Assembly (NCBI RefSeq): GCF_001194135.2
Contig: NC_068990.1
Coordinates: forward strand, 72,426,191-72,460,237
Direction of reading: 5' to 3'
Origin: Octopus bimaculoides
Taxonomy: Eukaryota
Length of the DNA stretch: 34,047 nt
Below are positions 19,757-32,360 of the stretch, piece after piece (the first letter of the stretch is position 1; each line of letters starts with the position of its first letter). The notes under the pieces were generated by a model. That model ran no database searches. It was not told the origin of the DNA and saw only the letters and a program-made list of their open reading frames with translations. A program made the translations under genes and the position numbers.

Positions 19757-20249
19757 NNNNNNNNNNNNNNNNNNNNNNNNNNNNNNNNNNNNNNNNNNNN
19801 NNNNNNNNNNNNNNNNNNNNNNNNNNNNNNNNNNNNNNNNNNNNNNNNNNNNNNNNNNNNNNNNNNNNNNNNNNNNNNNNNNNNNNNNNNNNNNNNNNNN
19901 NNNNNNNNNNNNNNNNNNNNNNNNNNNNNNNNNNNNNNNNNNNNNNNNNNNNNNNNNNNNNNNNNNNNNNNNNNNNNNNNNNNNNNNNNNNNNNNNNNNN
20001 NNNNNNNNNNNNNNNNNNNNNNNNNNNNNNNNNNNNNNNNNNNNNNNNNNNNNNNNNNNNNNNNNNNNNNNNNNNNNNNNNNNNNNNNNNNNNNNNNNNN
20101 NNNNNNNNNNNNNNNNNNNNNNNNNNNNNNNNNNNNNNNNNNNNNNNNNNNNNNNNNNNNNNNNNNNNNNNNNNNNNNNNNNTGCTGCTGCTGATGTTGT
20201 TCCTTTTAACTGGATGTTATCGTTAGCATTAAATGGGACAAAAAATAAA

Positions 20250-20369
20250 TGATGAGTTTAATGATGATGATGATGATGATAATGATGATGATGGTGGTGG
20301 TGGTGGGGGTGGGGGTGGTTGTGGCAGCGACAACAACAGCAATGACTATGATAATAACAATGATGATGA

Positions 20370-20408
<39 letters not shown>

Positions 20409-20475
20409 TTGATGATGTTGAAGATGATGATAAAGAGTGGGTGGAGGAAGATGAATAAATAAATAAATAAATTTG
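20250..20475. repeat. (GAT)n/(GGT)n then (TAAA)n microsatellites
   Basis: Direct reading. Confidence 0.9.
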
Positions 20476-20699
20476 ATGTTACCTGATTACGTTTTGATCA
20501 ACCTCTGTTATTACATATTTTGTAATTAATTTAGTTAAGACTGAATACATCTAATTATCTTTGACCTCAAATGGCAGCCTTATCAAAACCCCCTTTGGTT
20601 CAATGGTCTCATGTTGATTTAAAACAGAAAAAAAGTGTTTGGAAGGAAAATAAATAAACAAATATTTTTACTTAAAATGAAATGAACAAAATTATATAA

Positions 20700-20785
20700 C
20701 ATACAATATATATATACATATATATATATATGTGTGTGTGTGCGTGTGTATGTATGTATGTATGTATGTGTGTGTATATACACAC

Positions 20786-20816
<31 letters not shown>

Positions 20817-21026
20817 CACTTATATATATATATACATACACAAACACATAGATATATATATGTATGTATATATGTAAGTATGCAAATATAGTAGGCATAA
20901 TGTATTTATATAATACAAATATGTATATATATATATGTGTGTGTGTCTATGCACAAACACACATATACACATAGATATACACAGTGCATGTATCTGTGTA
21001 CATATATATACATATACATATATACA

Positions 21027-21096
<70 letters not shown>

Positions 21097-21605
21097 NNNN
21101 NNNNNNNNNNNNNNNNNNNNNNNNNNNNNNNNNNNNNNNNNNNNNNNNNNNNNNNNNNNNNNNNNNNNNNNNNNNNNNNNNNNNNNNNNNNNNNNNNNNN
21201 NNNNNNNNNNNNNNNNNNNNNNNNNNNNNNNNNNNNNNNNNNNNNNNNNNNNNNNNNNNNNNNNNNNNNNNNNNNNNNNNNNNNNNNNNNNNNNNNNNNN
21301 NNNNNNNNNNNNNNNNNNNNNNNNNNNNNNNNNNNNNNNNNNNNNNNNNNNNNNNNNNNNNNNNNNNNNNNNNNNNNNNNNNNNNNNNNNNNNNNNNNNN
21401 NNNNNNNNNNNNNNNNNNNNNNNNNNNNNNNNNNNNNNNNNNNNNNNNNNNNNNNNNNNNNNNNNNNNNNNNNNNNNNNNNNNNNNNNNNNNNNNNNNNN
21501 NNNNNNNNNNNNNNNNNNNNNNNNNNNNNNNNNNNNNNNNNNNNNNNNNNNNNNNNNNNNNNNNNNTATATATACACATATATATATATACATATATATA
21601 TATAC

Positions 21606-21636
<31 letters not shown>

Positions 21637-21840
21637 CACAGATACATGCACATATGTGTATATATATGTGTATATACATGTGTGCGTGTGTATGTAAACA
21701 TATACATACATGTATACGCATATTGATATAGATAGATATATGTATATAGATGTATGTGTGTATGTATATATGTATGTGTGCATATGCATACACAGATGTG
21801 TATATATTTATATACACATATATTCATACATACATACACC
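20700..21840. repeat. Extended (TA)n/(TG)n/(CA)n block containing a gap
   Basis: Direct reading; explains the ORF pile-up at 20.6-21.9 kb. Confidence 0.9.
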
Positions 21841-22112
21841 CTCTCACTCATATTATTTTACTTTACTTTGTTAAAATCAATAAGTTGTTTTGAGCTTTCC
21901 AACCCATTTTTTTTTATATGTTTGTGTGTGTGTGTGTTTTCGTAAATTCTACAACTTACTGAGTTACATAGCCATGTGGGAATTCCGCTTGATAACGACA
22001 ATTCTATCAGGCAGACTTCATAATCTAAGGAATGTAGCAAACTCATTTACTCACTGTCCTTGATTCATTGATTAATGATGACAAGAAAGATTCATCAATA
22101 CTTCTTTTCGTA

Positions 22113-23030
22113 GACCATCACCATCACCATCACCATCACCACCACCACCACCACCACCACCATCAATAACAACATCAACTACAACATCAGTAATGTCACA
22201 AACATCATCACCAATTTCATCACTGACATCACTATCATTATCACCATCATCAATAGCATCACTAGCATCACAATTAACACCAACATCATTATCATCATCA
22301 TCATCATCATCATCGTCGTTGATATCACCACCCATCGCCACCACTATGAACACCAGCAACAGCAACACAAGCAACACTAGCGCCACTACTACCAATGCCA
22401 TCAACATCATCATCATCATCACCACTGACATTACCACAAACACCAACCTTTCCATCATCTTTGCCACCACCACCACTACCACCACTACCATCACCATTGA
22501 CAGCAAAACCACCACCACTACCACCACCACCACCACCACCACAATCATCACCACCACCACCATCTCTGCCACCACCAAACTATCAACAGTGACATCACCA
22601 ACAGCAGCATCGCCATCATCATCATCAGTTCAGTTCCAATATCGGCATCATCAGCATCATCATTCAATATCATCATTCAACATCATCATTCAGCATCATC
22701 ATTCAACACCAATATGATCAACACCAACATCACTACCACTTCACTACTACCACCACCACCACCACTACCGCCACCGCCACCTCCACCACAACAACAACAG
22801 CCAGAACAACAACAACATCGACCTCAACAATCACATCGCCAATGATCACCACTCACTACACCACTACCAATAACAACAGCAATGTCACCACCAGCACCCC
22901 AAAAATATTAACACCAGTAACACTACCAGCACCAGTACCGACATCACCACTAAGACCACCAGCATCATCAACAACATCACCATTAACACCATCAACGGTA
23001 ACGCCAACAACACCAACATCAGCATTATTG
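22113..23030. repeat. Cryptic (CAC/CAT/CAA)n low-complexity tract
   Basis: Degenerate trinucleotide simplicity gives T/S-, P- and V/D-rich ORFs in several frames, with no domain. Confidence 0.85.
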
Positions 23031-23116
23031 ATATGCCTTCATCAGGCTGCTTTGCAAATGGTTTTGTTTTTTTAACCCAAACCTCAGTTGACTAATAATG
23101 TATTTATGTTAACATT

Positions 23117-23162
<46 letters not shown>

Positions 23163-24039
23163 AACAATAATAAAAACCACAACTACAACAACAACGAACT
23201 CAGCAAGAACAAAAACCTAGAAGACACCCACCTCTTAGTCAATTGTGGTGAAAGAAAGAAAGAAAAGAAAAGAAAAAAGGAAAAGAAGAAGGAATGAGAG
23301 ACGATACTATAAAAATATATATAAAAAAAAAGAAGAATGAAAGAAAGGAAATAACAAGTAAAAATTCTTCTGTCATAGTCAGTATTGATTATGTTCAATC
23401 TCTAGAGAAACATCGTAGATGAGATATCAGACATTGATTTTTCTAATCAAGTTCAGACATCTAGTTATCTTTACTTACAGATTTTTATGGTAACAAGGGA
23501 AGAAGGAAAAAAAAAATTTTTTTAATAAAATAAAGATAAAAAATATAAAGATAAAAATAAATAAATAAAGATAGAATAAAAACAGAAATAAAATATAAAA
23601 CATTTTTCACTCGGTCATTTTTGATTCTAGGGCACTGGGAAAAAGTTTTTCTTAAAATAACTTTTGATTGAGGTATGGAAAAAAGGAAAAAAAAATGAAA
23701 GCAGAAAATAAAATAAAATAAAATAAAAACATCTATTTGTGAAAGATTTACTTTATGACAAGCATTTCAGCATGTTAATGAGCAAATTAATAGCCAAACT
23801 CCTTAAGAAGTGATATCAGTCAGTATAAGCTCCAATTTGAGAAAGAAAAGTGCAACAGATTACCTACCTATGACAGGGCTTATAATTGTCTGAACTAATT
23901 TACATTAAAATCTTAACAGTAAATTCATTATCATCGAGAAATCTTTAGATTTCTCTGCAAACCATAAAACTCTATGTATAATATGCACTTGTTCTTCACC
24001 AAAATCAAGATTAAATTTAGGAGAGAAGACTATAATAAT

Positions 24040-24074
24040 TATGATGATGATGATGATGATGATGATGATAATAA

Positions 24075-24137
<63 letters not shown>
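24040..24137. repeat. (GAT)n then (AAT)n microsatellite
   Basis: Direct reading; the AAT part may be the 3' tail of the adjacent element. Confidence 0.9.
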
Positions 24138-24139
<2 letters not shown>

Positions 24140-24640
24140 TTTTCTTCATTAGCCACATTGGCCTACATAGAACATCCAGGGATGCAAATACAAACGCACA
24201 AACAGAGGAGTTTACTGAGTAAACATAAAGCAATAACAAAAATTAACAATAAGATTAGACAAATACAATTCTCTAATAGCGGGGAGGCTTCCAAGGGAAA
24301 ACTGTGCAAATCCCACAGAAAATCACAGTTTCCTTGACAGCTTAGGCAAATGTTTCCTCTCCCCCTTCCTCTACTCAGGAGTACATGCTCAGAGCAGGCC
24401 CATTCACACGAACCATGCTTGCCATTCTTCTCCACTTTCAATAAATTTGCTAGAAGTGGGGGCCTCTATCTCCACACTGATCTACCTCTTCAAGTTGAAC
24501 CTTGAAAAAGTTGATCAGAGATTCGCCAGAGTGGAAAGTGCCTGACTTTAGCCCTTTCAGTCTTGTCCTACAAAAAGATTGCCTCTTAAGGACAGCGAGG
24601 ATTATCAGGAGGGTTCTAAGCACTTGAAAGACTGCTGAAA
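24138..24640 (-). mobile_element. 3' end of an L1/Tx1-like non-LTR retrotransposon
   Basis: Minus strand gives RTRLKGLKSGTFHSGESLINFFKVQL/KR*ISVE...SKFIE.WRRMASMVRVNGPAL, similar from memory to Tx1-type ORF2 C-termini, then a 3' UTR and an (ATT)n tail. Confidence 0.5.
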
Positions 24641-24748
24641 ATTTGTGGATACCTAAGGTTATAGACAGTAACCCACTACCTACATACTTTCTACCAGGAA
24701 TAAGACCAAACCTGAGCTTTGTTTCTATAATTATAATAATAATAAACT

Positions 24749-24995
24749 GGGATCATAAACTGGCAAAAGAAAGAACTAATGAACATAGATATGAGGACAA
24801 GAAAAATATTGTGTGCACAGAGCCTTTTACCCTAAGAGTGACACCGGTAGGCTTTACTTGTCCAGAAGAAAGAGTGGGTGAGGTTTGATCAGTTGCCAGG
24901 GCTGTACTGAAATAGAGGAAAACAGTTTAGGATTGTATGTAAAAAATACTGTGGAGCCATTGTTGAAACATATGAAGAAGTCCAACATCATCAAT
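24749..24995 (+). mobile_element. R4/Dong-like (REL-clade) RT C-terminal fragment
   Basis: GIINWQKKELMNIDMRTRKILCA/RAFYPKSDTGRLYLSRRKSG*GLISCQGCTEIEENSLGLYVKNTVEPLL carries the RLYLxRxxGGRGL motif. Confidence 0.7.
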
Positions 24996-24999
24996 AATA

Positions 25000-25214
25000 A
25001 TGGTTTCAAATTTTGCCACGAGGGCAGCAATTTTGGGAGAGGGGATGAGTTGATTACATCGACCCCAGGGTTCAACTGGTACTTATTTTATCGATTCCGA
25101 AAGGATGAAAGGCAAAGTCGACCTCGGTGGAATTTGAACTCAGAACATAGTGATGGGTGAAATACTGCTAAGCATTTAGTCCAGTGTGCTAATGATTCTA
25201 TCAGCTCATCACCT
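25000..25214 (-). mobile_element. Second tRNA-SINE family, minus-strand copy
   Basis: GATTACATCGACCCCAG...AAAGTCGACCTCGGTGGAATTTGAACTCAGAAC...CTAAGCATTT; reverse complement of 19218-19437. Confidence 0.85.
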
Positions 25215-25289
25215 TAATAATAATAATAATAAGTGATGATGATAATGATGATGATCATCATTGTTATTATTATTATTATTATTATTGTG

Positions 25290-25468
25290 TTGGTTTGTTT
25301 ATATCCCTGTGACTTATCAGTTCAGTGTAAGAGACCAATAAAATGCATACCAGGCTTGAAAATGATAAGTTTTGGGAGTCAATTGATTCAACCAAAACCC
25401 TTCAAAGCAGTGCTCCAGCATGGCTGCAGACCAATAACTGAAACGAGTAAAACATAAAACAAAAAATA
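25290..25468 (+). mobile_element. 3' half of OK/OR-like SINE
   Basis: GTGCTCCAGCATGGCTGCAG...AACTGAAACGAGTAAAA tail. Confidence 0.75.
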
Positions 25469-26122
25469 TACATGCCCATGTGCGTGTGCATGTGCATGCC
25501 TGTGTATATATGTGTGTTTGTGTGTGTGTGTGTGTGTGTGTACATGCGCTCATGTGTGTGTGTTTGCATGCACATGTGTTCATTCAGATTTCAATTGTTC
25601 AGTTTTATGTCTGTTTTTCTGTAGTCGCATGGTTAGACAAATATGTCACTAAAGCATTGTTCTACAGCCAATATCTTCCTTGTCACTAATTTTTATGTTT
25701 CTTCAAGTAAGAGAAGGGATCAAAGGCATGAAACGATCAGATGGTTTGTTGGCAGGAGAACTGACAGCATGAACACAGCTTGTACATCTCAGCTTTCATA
25801 AAAGCGAGCACAATATATATATACGTATGTATGTATGTATGTATATATATANNNNNNNNNNNNNNNNNNNNNNNNNNNNNNNNNNNNNNNNNNNNNNNNN
25901 NNNNNNNNNNNNNNNNNNNNNNNNNNNNNNNNNNNNNNNNNNNNNNNNNNNNNNNNNNNNNNNNNNNNNNNNNNNNNNNNNNNNNNNNNNNNNNNNNNNN
26001 NNNNNNNNNNNNNNNNNNNNNNNNNNNNNNNNNNNNNNNNNNNNNNNNNNNNNNNNNNNNNNNNNNNNNNNNNNNNNNNNNNNNNNNNNNNNNNNNNNNN
26101 NNNNNNNNNNNNNNNNNNNNNN

Positions 26123-26147
26123 CGAGCTACGCTCTTCAACAGAAAGA
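26123..26147 (-). ncRNA. 5' half of a hammerhead-like motif truncated by a gap
   Basis: Minus strand reads TCTTT-CTGTTGA-A-GAGC-GTA-GCTC-G, then N: a 4-bp helix II, and the gap begins right after the putative G of GAAA. Confidence 0.5.
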
Positions 26148-26387
26148 ATACAGAGACAAGGAGAAAAACACATATGCATGTCTGTATGTATTTATTTGAT
26201 TTATTTGTGTATGTATGTATGTATGTGTGTGTATAGACAGATAGATACTGGTATGTATATATATATATATACATAAGATGTGCAGTAGTATCAGAGGAAA
26301 GTTAACAGAAAAATTAGTCTTTGTGTGTGGCAGGTGTATAGGTACAATAAACGCTAGGAATGTATAGAAAATAGACTTTGTCAAATG

Positions 26388-27197
26388 CCAGCTGAACCCT
26401 TGGAAGTAGTAGATACCTTCTATTATCTAGGTGAGCAAGTCAGCAGTGGAGGTGGATACTCTGACCATGTAGATGCTAGAATAAGAATAGGCTGGTCAAA
26501 GTTCAGAGAGTGTCTACTTTTGCTGGTAACAAAGGCTCTCTCCCTCAAAGTGAAAGGCAGAGTGTATGATGCCTATGTGTGAACAGCCATGCTACACAGC
26601 AGTGAAACATGGGCTGTGACTGCTGAGGACATGTGAAGGCTTGAAAGGAATGAAGCTAGTATGGTTCACTGGATGTGGAATGTCAGTGTGCACATACAGC
26701 AGAATGTAACTGTCTAGAGAGAAAAACGGGGTACATGAGGCATCAGATGTGGTGTGCAAGAGAGGAGACTGTGCTGGTATGGTCGTGTGATGCGTATGGA
26801 CAAGGACAGTGGCATAAAAAGTGCCAGCCTCTAGCTGTGGAGGGAACCTGGGGAAAAGGTAAACCAAGGAAGACATGGAATCAAATGGTGAAGTAATGAT
26901 CTTCTGATGCCGAGTCTCATGAAGTTGATGACAAGTGATCAAGACCTTTGACAATTTGCTGTACTTGAGAAGACACATCAAGCTAAGTGAAATCAGTCAT
27001 GGTCAGTGCCAGTGACATGTAAAGGCACCCACAACACTCTTGGAGTGATTGGTGTTAGGAAGGTCTCCAGCCATTGAAAGTGAGCCAGACTAGACTGGAG
27101 CCTGGCTCAGCTCTTTGGTTTACCAGTTCCATTAAAACCACCTAACCCATGCCAGCACGGAAAACAGACACTAAATGATGATGAGGATGATGATGTT
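26388..27197 (+). mobile_element. 5'-truncated RTE (BovB-like) LINE: RT C-terminal pseudogene, 3' UTR and (GAT)n tail
   Basis: EPLEVVDTFYYLG...ARIRIGWSKFRE...KVKGRVYDAYV*TAMLHSSETW...RRLCWYGRVMRM...GKPRKTW...AVLEKTHQAK* (stop at 26988-26990). Confidence 0.92.
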
Positions 27198-27744
27198 GAT
27201 ATATATATATCATTTACTATACGTATATATACATATATGTATACATTTATATATATATATATATATATATNNNNNNNNNNNNNNNNNNNNNNNNNNNNNN
27301 NNNNNNNNNNNNNNNNNNNNNNNNNNNNNNNNNNNNNNNNNNNNNNNNNNNNNNNNNNNNNNNNNNNNNNNNNNNNNNNNNNNNNNNNNNNNNNNNNNNN
27401 NNNNNNNNNNNNNNNNNNNNNNNNNNNNNNNNNNNNNNNNNNNNNNNNNNNNNNNNNNNNNNNNNNNNNNNNNNNNNNNNNNNNNNNNNNNNNNNNNNNN
27501 NNNNNNNNNNNNNNNNNNNNNNNNNNNNNNNNNNNNNNNNNNNNNNNNNNNNNNNNNNNNNNNNNNNNNNNNNNNNNNNNNNNNNNNNNNNNNNNNNNNN
27601 NNNNNNNNNNNNNNNNNNNNNNNNNNNNNNNNNNNNNNNNNNNNTATATATATATATATATATATGAAATAAGTAAAGAGTTATATATATATATATATAT
27701 ATATATGACAATGTTGCTTCACTTTCTGAATACCAACTCTACCA

Positions 27745-27850
27745 TTCACCAGTTATACTAAAAGACATTTGTTCAAGATGCCAAACTGAGAGTGAACCAG
27801 AGGTCATGTGGTTGAGAAGTGAACCTCTTAACCACACAGCCATACTTGAA
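27745..27850 (-). mobile_element. Diverged tRNA-SINE head
   Basis: AAGACATTTGTTCAAGATGCCA...CTCTTAACCACACAGCCA. Confidence 0.7.
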
Positions 27851-28566
27851 CCTATGTATGCATGGAATTTTCAAAAATACTCAATGTGACAAATGCACTG
27901 TTTGCCTTCTGTACTGACAGTGTCAGAACAAACTTCGATGAGTTTCATTCAGAATCTTGTTAAAATATGCTTTGATGCATTACAGCACAACATATTTGGA
28001 GAGTCTCAAAGCATATTTTGAGCAATTCCATTGAGGAATGAAACAGACTGTACATTTTGTAATATTCAATTTTTAAAATAAATTTCTTTTACTCTTCTGA
28101 AATAATTGTGGCTTCTTTTATTTTTGTGGTTTACCATGTCATAGGCAATAACCAAATTAGATATGTGTGTGCGTGCATGTGTGTGTATGTTTGCATGAGT
28201 GCATGATTTTATGTGTGCATGTGCATGCATGCATGCATATGCACATATGCATGTGTGCATGTGTGTATGTGCATATGTGTATGAGTTTATGAGAAAATTC
28301 TTCTGTGTGCAAGCATTCTTCTCTTCTGAGTTACAGCTGTATTCCCTTGTGCATGTGTCAGTTAAAGGAAGTGAGACATACACTTGGTTATCACATTCTT
28401 CTGACTATTTTCATATGTGGTGACCACCACCCCACATTCCTCAACAGGCTACTTTCTAATTCTTCTCAACATACTTTTTAATTCCTCTCACAAAAGTAAA
28501 ACTGATGGACCAATCTAAATGGTGTTTGCTTACATACATACTCATACATCATAACACATACACACA

Positions 28567-28745
28567 CATCATCATCATCATCATCATCATTAACGTCCGT
28601 TTCACATGATGGCATGGGTTGGATGACTCAACAGAAGATGACAAGCCAGAAAACCACATCATGCTCCCATGTTTGCTTTGGCATGATTTCTTCTGTTAGA
28701 TTCTCTTCATAATGCCAACCACTTTACAGAGTATATTTCAGACAT
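28567..28745 (-). mobile_element. RTE-type 3' tail fragment
   Basis: (CAT)n then TAACGTCCGTTTCACATGATGGCATGGGTTGGA. Confidence 0.75.
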
Positions 28746-28768
28746 GTTTTTTTATTTATAAACAAACA

Positions 28769-29002
28769 AATTACACCATATGAAAAAAAAAACCCTTTTC
28801 TTCAGGTGAATTAAAATAATATAAAATTTAGCATTTAGTATTTTTCACACAAATAATACAGAATGCATATTGGTTCTTTCACCTCAGTACTGGTTGAGAG
28901 AGTCAATATACATCTTATAATATTTGTGTGAAAAATACTAAACCAAATTTTAATTTAATTTTAATTCGTCAGAAGAGAACTGCTTTTTTATATGATGTAA
29001 TT
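28769..29002. mobile_element. AT-rich palindromic MITE, about 234 bp
   Basis: 28834-28855 is the perfect reverse complement of 28921-28942; ends TTACACCATA / TATGATGTAA; inner GAATTAAAAT / ATTTTAATTC. Confidence 0.8.
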
Positions 29003-29413
29003 GCTTTGTGCGTCAAAAAGAAAACATGTCTGAAACAGCTGTAGTGAACCTCCACTCATTTGCATTATTTATTTTATACTGAACCACACTGGGAACTTTG
29101 CTGCATTGGTTCTTGAGACTACAGGGGACTGCGGACTACATGCCAGAGCATACTCTTGCATGATTTTATGTATGCATTGAGTATATTTGGTCTATACTTA
29201 TGAATGTATGCATTACTGGAAGGACAAATCCATGCATACTTTAGGAAATATGTGTGTGTTCATACACATTGTTAATACACAGGTATGACTGTCCTTGATG
29301 CTACCTTAGTGTCTTTGTTATTAAAATATCTTGATTCTATTGGATTCTGCAAACAATTATACATAGGAGAACAATGGCCAAAACTTTGAAGTCACCGTCA
29401 ACAACATTCTTGT

Positions 29414-29625
29414 TTAACCCTTTAGTATTCAGATTACTTTGTCAAATATGTTTATTTAGTCACATCATTTTGAATTAATCCTACATGATCTCATAGCTTC
29501 AAGGTTTCAATGATAAGATTATATATTTTAAGAATAACGTTCTAGAGTAGGTGTGAGAGTCTAGTTATAGCTAGTTTGAACATAAAACAGATAGATTATA
29601 GCCAGTTTAAATGTTAAAAGGTTAA
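29414..29625 (+). mobile_element. piggyBac-type MITE with TTAA ends
   Basis: TTAA-CCCTTTAGTATT...AATGTTAAAAGG-TTAA: TTAA target plus CCC-starting TIR. Confidence 0.8.
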
Positions 29626-32277
29626 GAATAATAAATTTGTACTCTACAAAAGTATAGAGTAACCCATCAGATTAATGTAAAATTGTTTTTATTATAACTG
29701 TACATATAAACAAACATACACATATATACATACCTATGCACATGTATAAATGGTTTATTTTTATGGGTATTTCTTGTATTTATCACTAGTTAAATGGCCC
29801 CTTTAAAATTTATTGCATTCAATGTATACATTCAATGGACTTGCATCTCCACCTCGCATCACTCCACTATGTTCTCACTTATCAAGCTCTGTGTTAAGCA
29901 CTTTATCATTCTTCTTTTGAATCATTATCCTCTCTAGCACTAACTCTCTGCCTACATTTTAATTCTCTTTTTCACTGAGATGTAACAATTCCAAGTGCCT
30001 ATACACATTTCATCCAAAAAATGTCAGCAAAGAGCTTTACGAGCATCACACCTCTTCCTTGAATTCTATTTATTAACACACACAAAAAAAGGTATGAATA
30101 AATGAAACCACCTTCTCATGTTCACTTGATTCAATAAAAATTGCAGCCAAATTTCCCTCAAACTATACCTTGCTATCTTTCTTGAAAAATATAGTTCACA
30201 ATAAGACCCATTCATACAAATGCTATCGTACATTTCTTTAATTTACTTGACCAAGACTGTCTGTGGGCTGTACAGAATAACATCTATAAAAATGAAGCTA
30301 TGCTACATGAGTAGAATGTAGTCTTAATAAAACATTTGATTAAAACCAACAATAGTCAATTGTTAAAACTCTACCTCCACAATAATTAGTCTTGTTATTA
30401 CTATCACTGTAAAGAAAATCATTATCAATAAAGTTGTTGATCTTGTGGTTGCATTTTTACTGTTGTCATTGTTTTTGCTTTTACTGCTGCTGTCAATGCT
30501 GCTGCTGCTGCTATTGTTTTCACTGTTACTGATAGTGTTTCTATTGTATTATCAAATCTCCTTACAAACATTCTCACGGACACATTTTATAAATGCCGCA
30601 GATAAAAATATACATTAAGAGTTATCGTGATTGTCACCATTATCGTACTCACCATCATCGTTGTTTTTGAAATCATCTCTTCCACCACTAGCATGGGTTT
30701 GATGGATCTGCTGTACAGCAACATCCATCACTTCTTTTTTGTCTGTCTGTCCGTCTCTCTCACTTTCTCCACCACCTCTCTCTCTCTCTCTCTCTCTTTA
30801 TATATATATATATATATANNNNNNNNNNNNNNNNNNNNNNNNNNNNNNNNNNNNNNNNNNNNNNNNNNNNNNNNNNNNNNNNNNNNNNNNNNNNNNNNNN
30901 NNNNNNNNNNNNNNNNNNNNNNNNNNNNNNNNNNNNNNNNNNNNNNNNNNNNNNNNNNNNNNNNNNNNNNNNNNNNNNNNNNNNNNNNNNNNNNNNNNNN
31001 NNNNNNNNNNNNNNNNNNNNNNNNNNNNNNNNNNNNNNNNNNNNNNNNNNNNNNNNNNNNNNNNNNNNNNNNNNNNNNNNNNNNNNNNNNNNNNNNNNNN
31101 NNNNNNNNNNNNNNNNNNNNNNNNNNNNNNNNNNNNNNNNNNNNNNNNNNNNNNNNNNNNNNNNNNNNNNNNNNNNNNNNNNNNNNNNNNNNNNNNNNNN
31201 NNNNNNNNNNNNNNNNNNNNNNNNNNNNNNNNNNNNNNNNNNNNNNNNNNNNNNNNNNNNNNNNNNNNNNNNNNNNNNNNNNNNNNNNNNNNNNNNNNNN
31301 NNNNNNNNNNNNNNNNNNNNNNNNNNNNNNNNNNNNNNNNNNNNNNNNNNNNNNNNNNNNNNNNNNNNNNNNNNNNNNTTACTCTTCTCTACTGTTTTTT
31401 GTTCTGTGTGTATCAAAAATATCGCTATCAATCTGGAGTAATAATTTGTAGTTTTGAAATCAGTAGTTCTTTGACTGCTATTTCTGAATTCTCAGTATGT
31501 TGGAGAAGTAGGTTACTGTCAATCCCTATATATTTATGATTATAAATGTTTTTTACCGAAAAGGTTTTTTCATACTGAGCTACCCGGCAAAATTGTTAAT
31601 TATTAATTTTATTACTAATTGACGATTCCCTGCCCTGCATATCTATCTATATATATATATATATATGTAAGGGTCCATGGGATTATTGCTCACATGCAGA
31701 TGCACTCTGCACCGACAGCAGATTGTATTTCCAGAATACAGAATGATACTCTTTAGTGAACACACTCACAGATGCACAAAATAACTGCTACCAGAATTTA
31801 TAATTTTTCCATTTTATCAATGTACAACTGGAACACCAAGACATGTTAGATTAAATAAGGAAACCTACTTCATTGAAAAATATAAGCCAAAACTTAACAA
31901 TTTCTAACATTTTATTCTATCAAAACCAAATCATGTTAAATTAGCAAAACCTAATCATTCCCAACATTTTTGTTCATCTCCCTTATTCTGAAAAAATCCC
32001 TGATTACTGACTCCTGTTTCGAACTCTTCTACATCACACCATAGCATATAGATGACACAACAATGGTAAAGAAATTTGAGAAATTTGAAAACAAAATGCA
32101 AGACCAGTTATTTTCTCCAAAAGCAATGTCACTATACAAAAACTTTTTATAACATTTTCCTAACATGACGATTTTAATATATTTTTTAACCATATTATAC
32201 AAATCTTCTGTAGTTTCTTTATTCTGTTTTGTTTTTATACATCCTACCATGTGCTTTCACATACCAACTCTCTCACC

Positions 32278-32360
<83 letters not shown>

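Noticed and set aside
22193-22717. 174-aa Ser/Thr-rich mucin-like ORF
   Set aside because: It lies wholly in cryptic CAC/CAT simple sequence that is also open on the opposite strand; no signal peptide or splice support.
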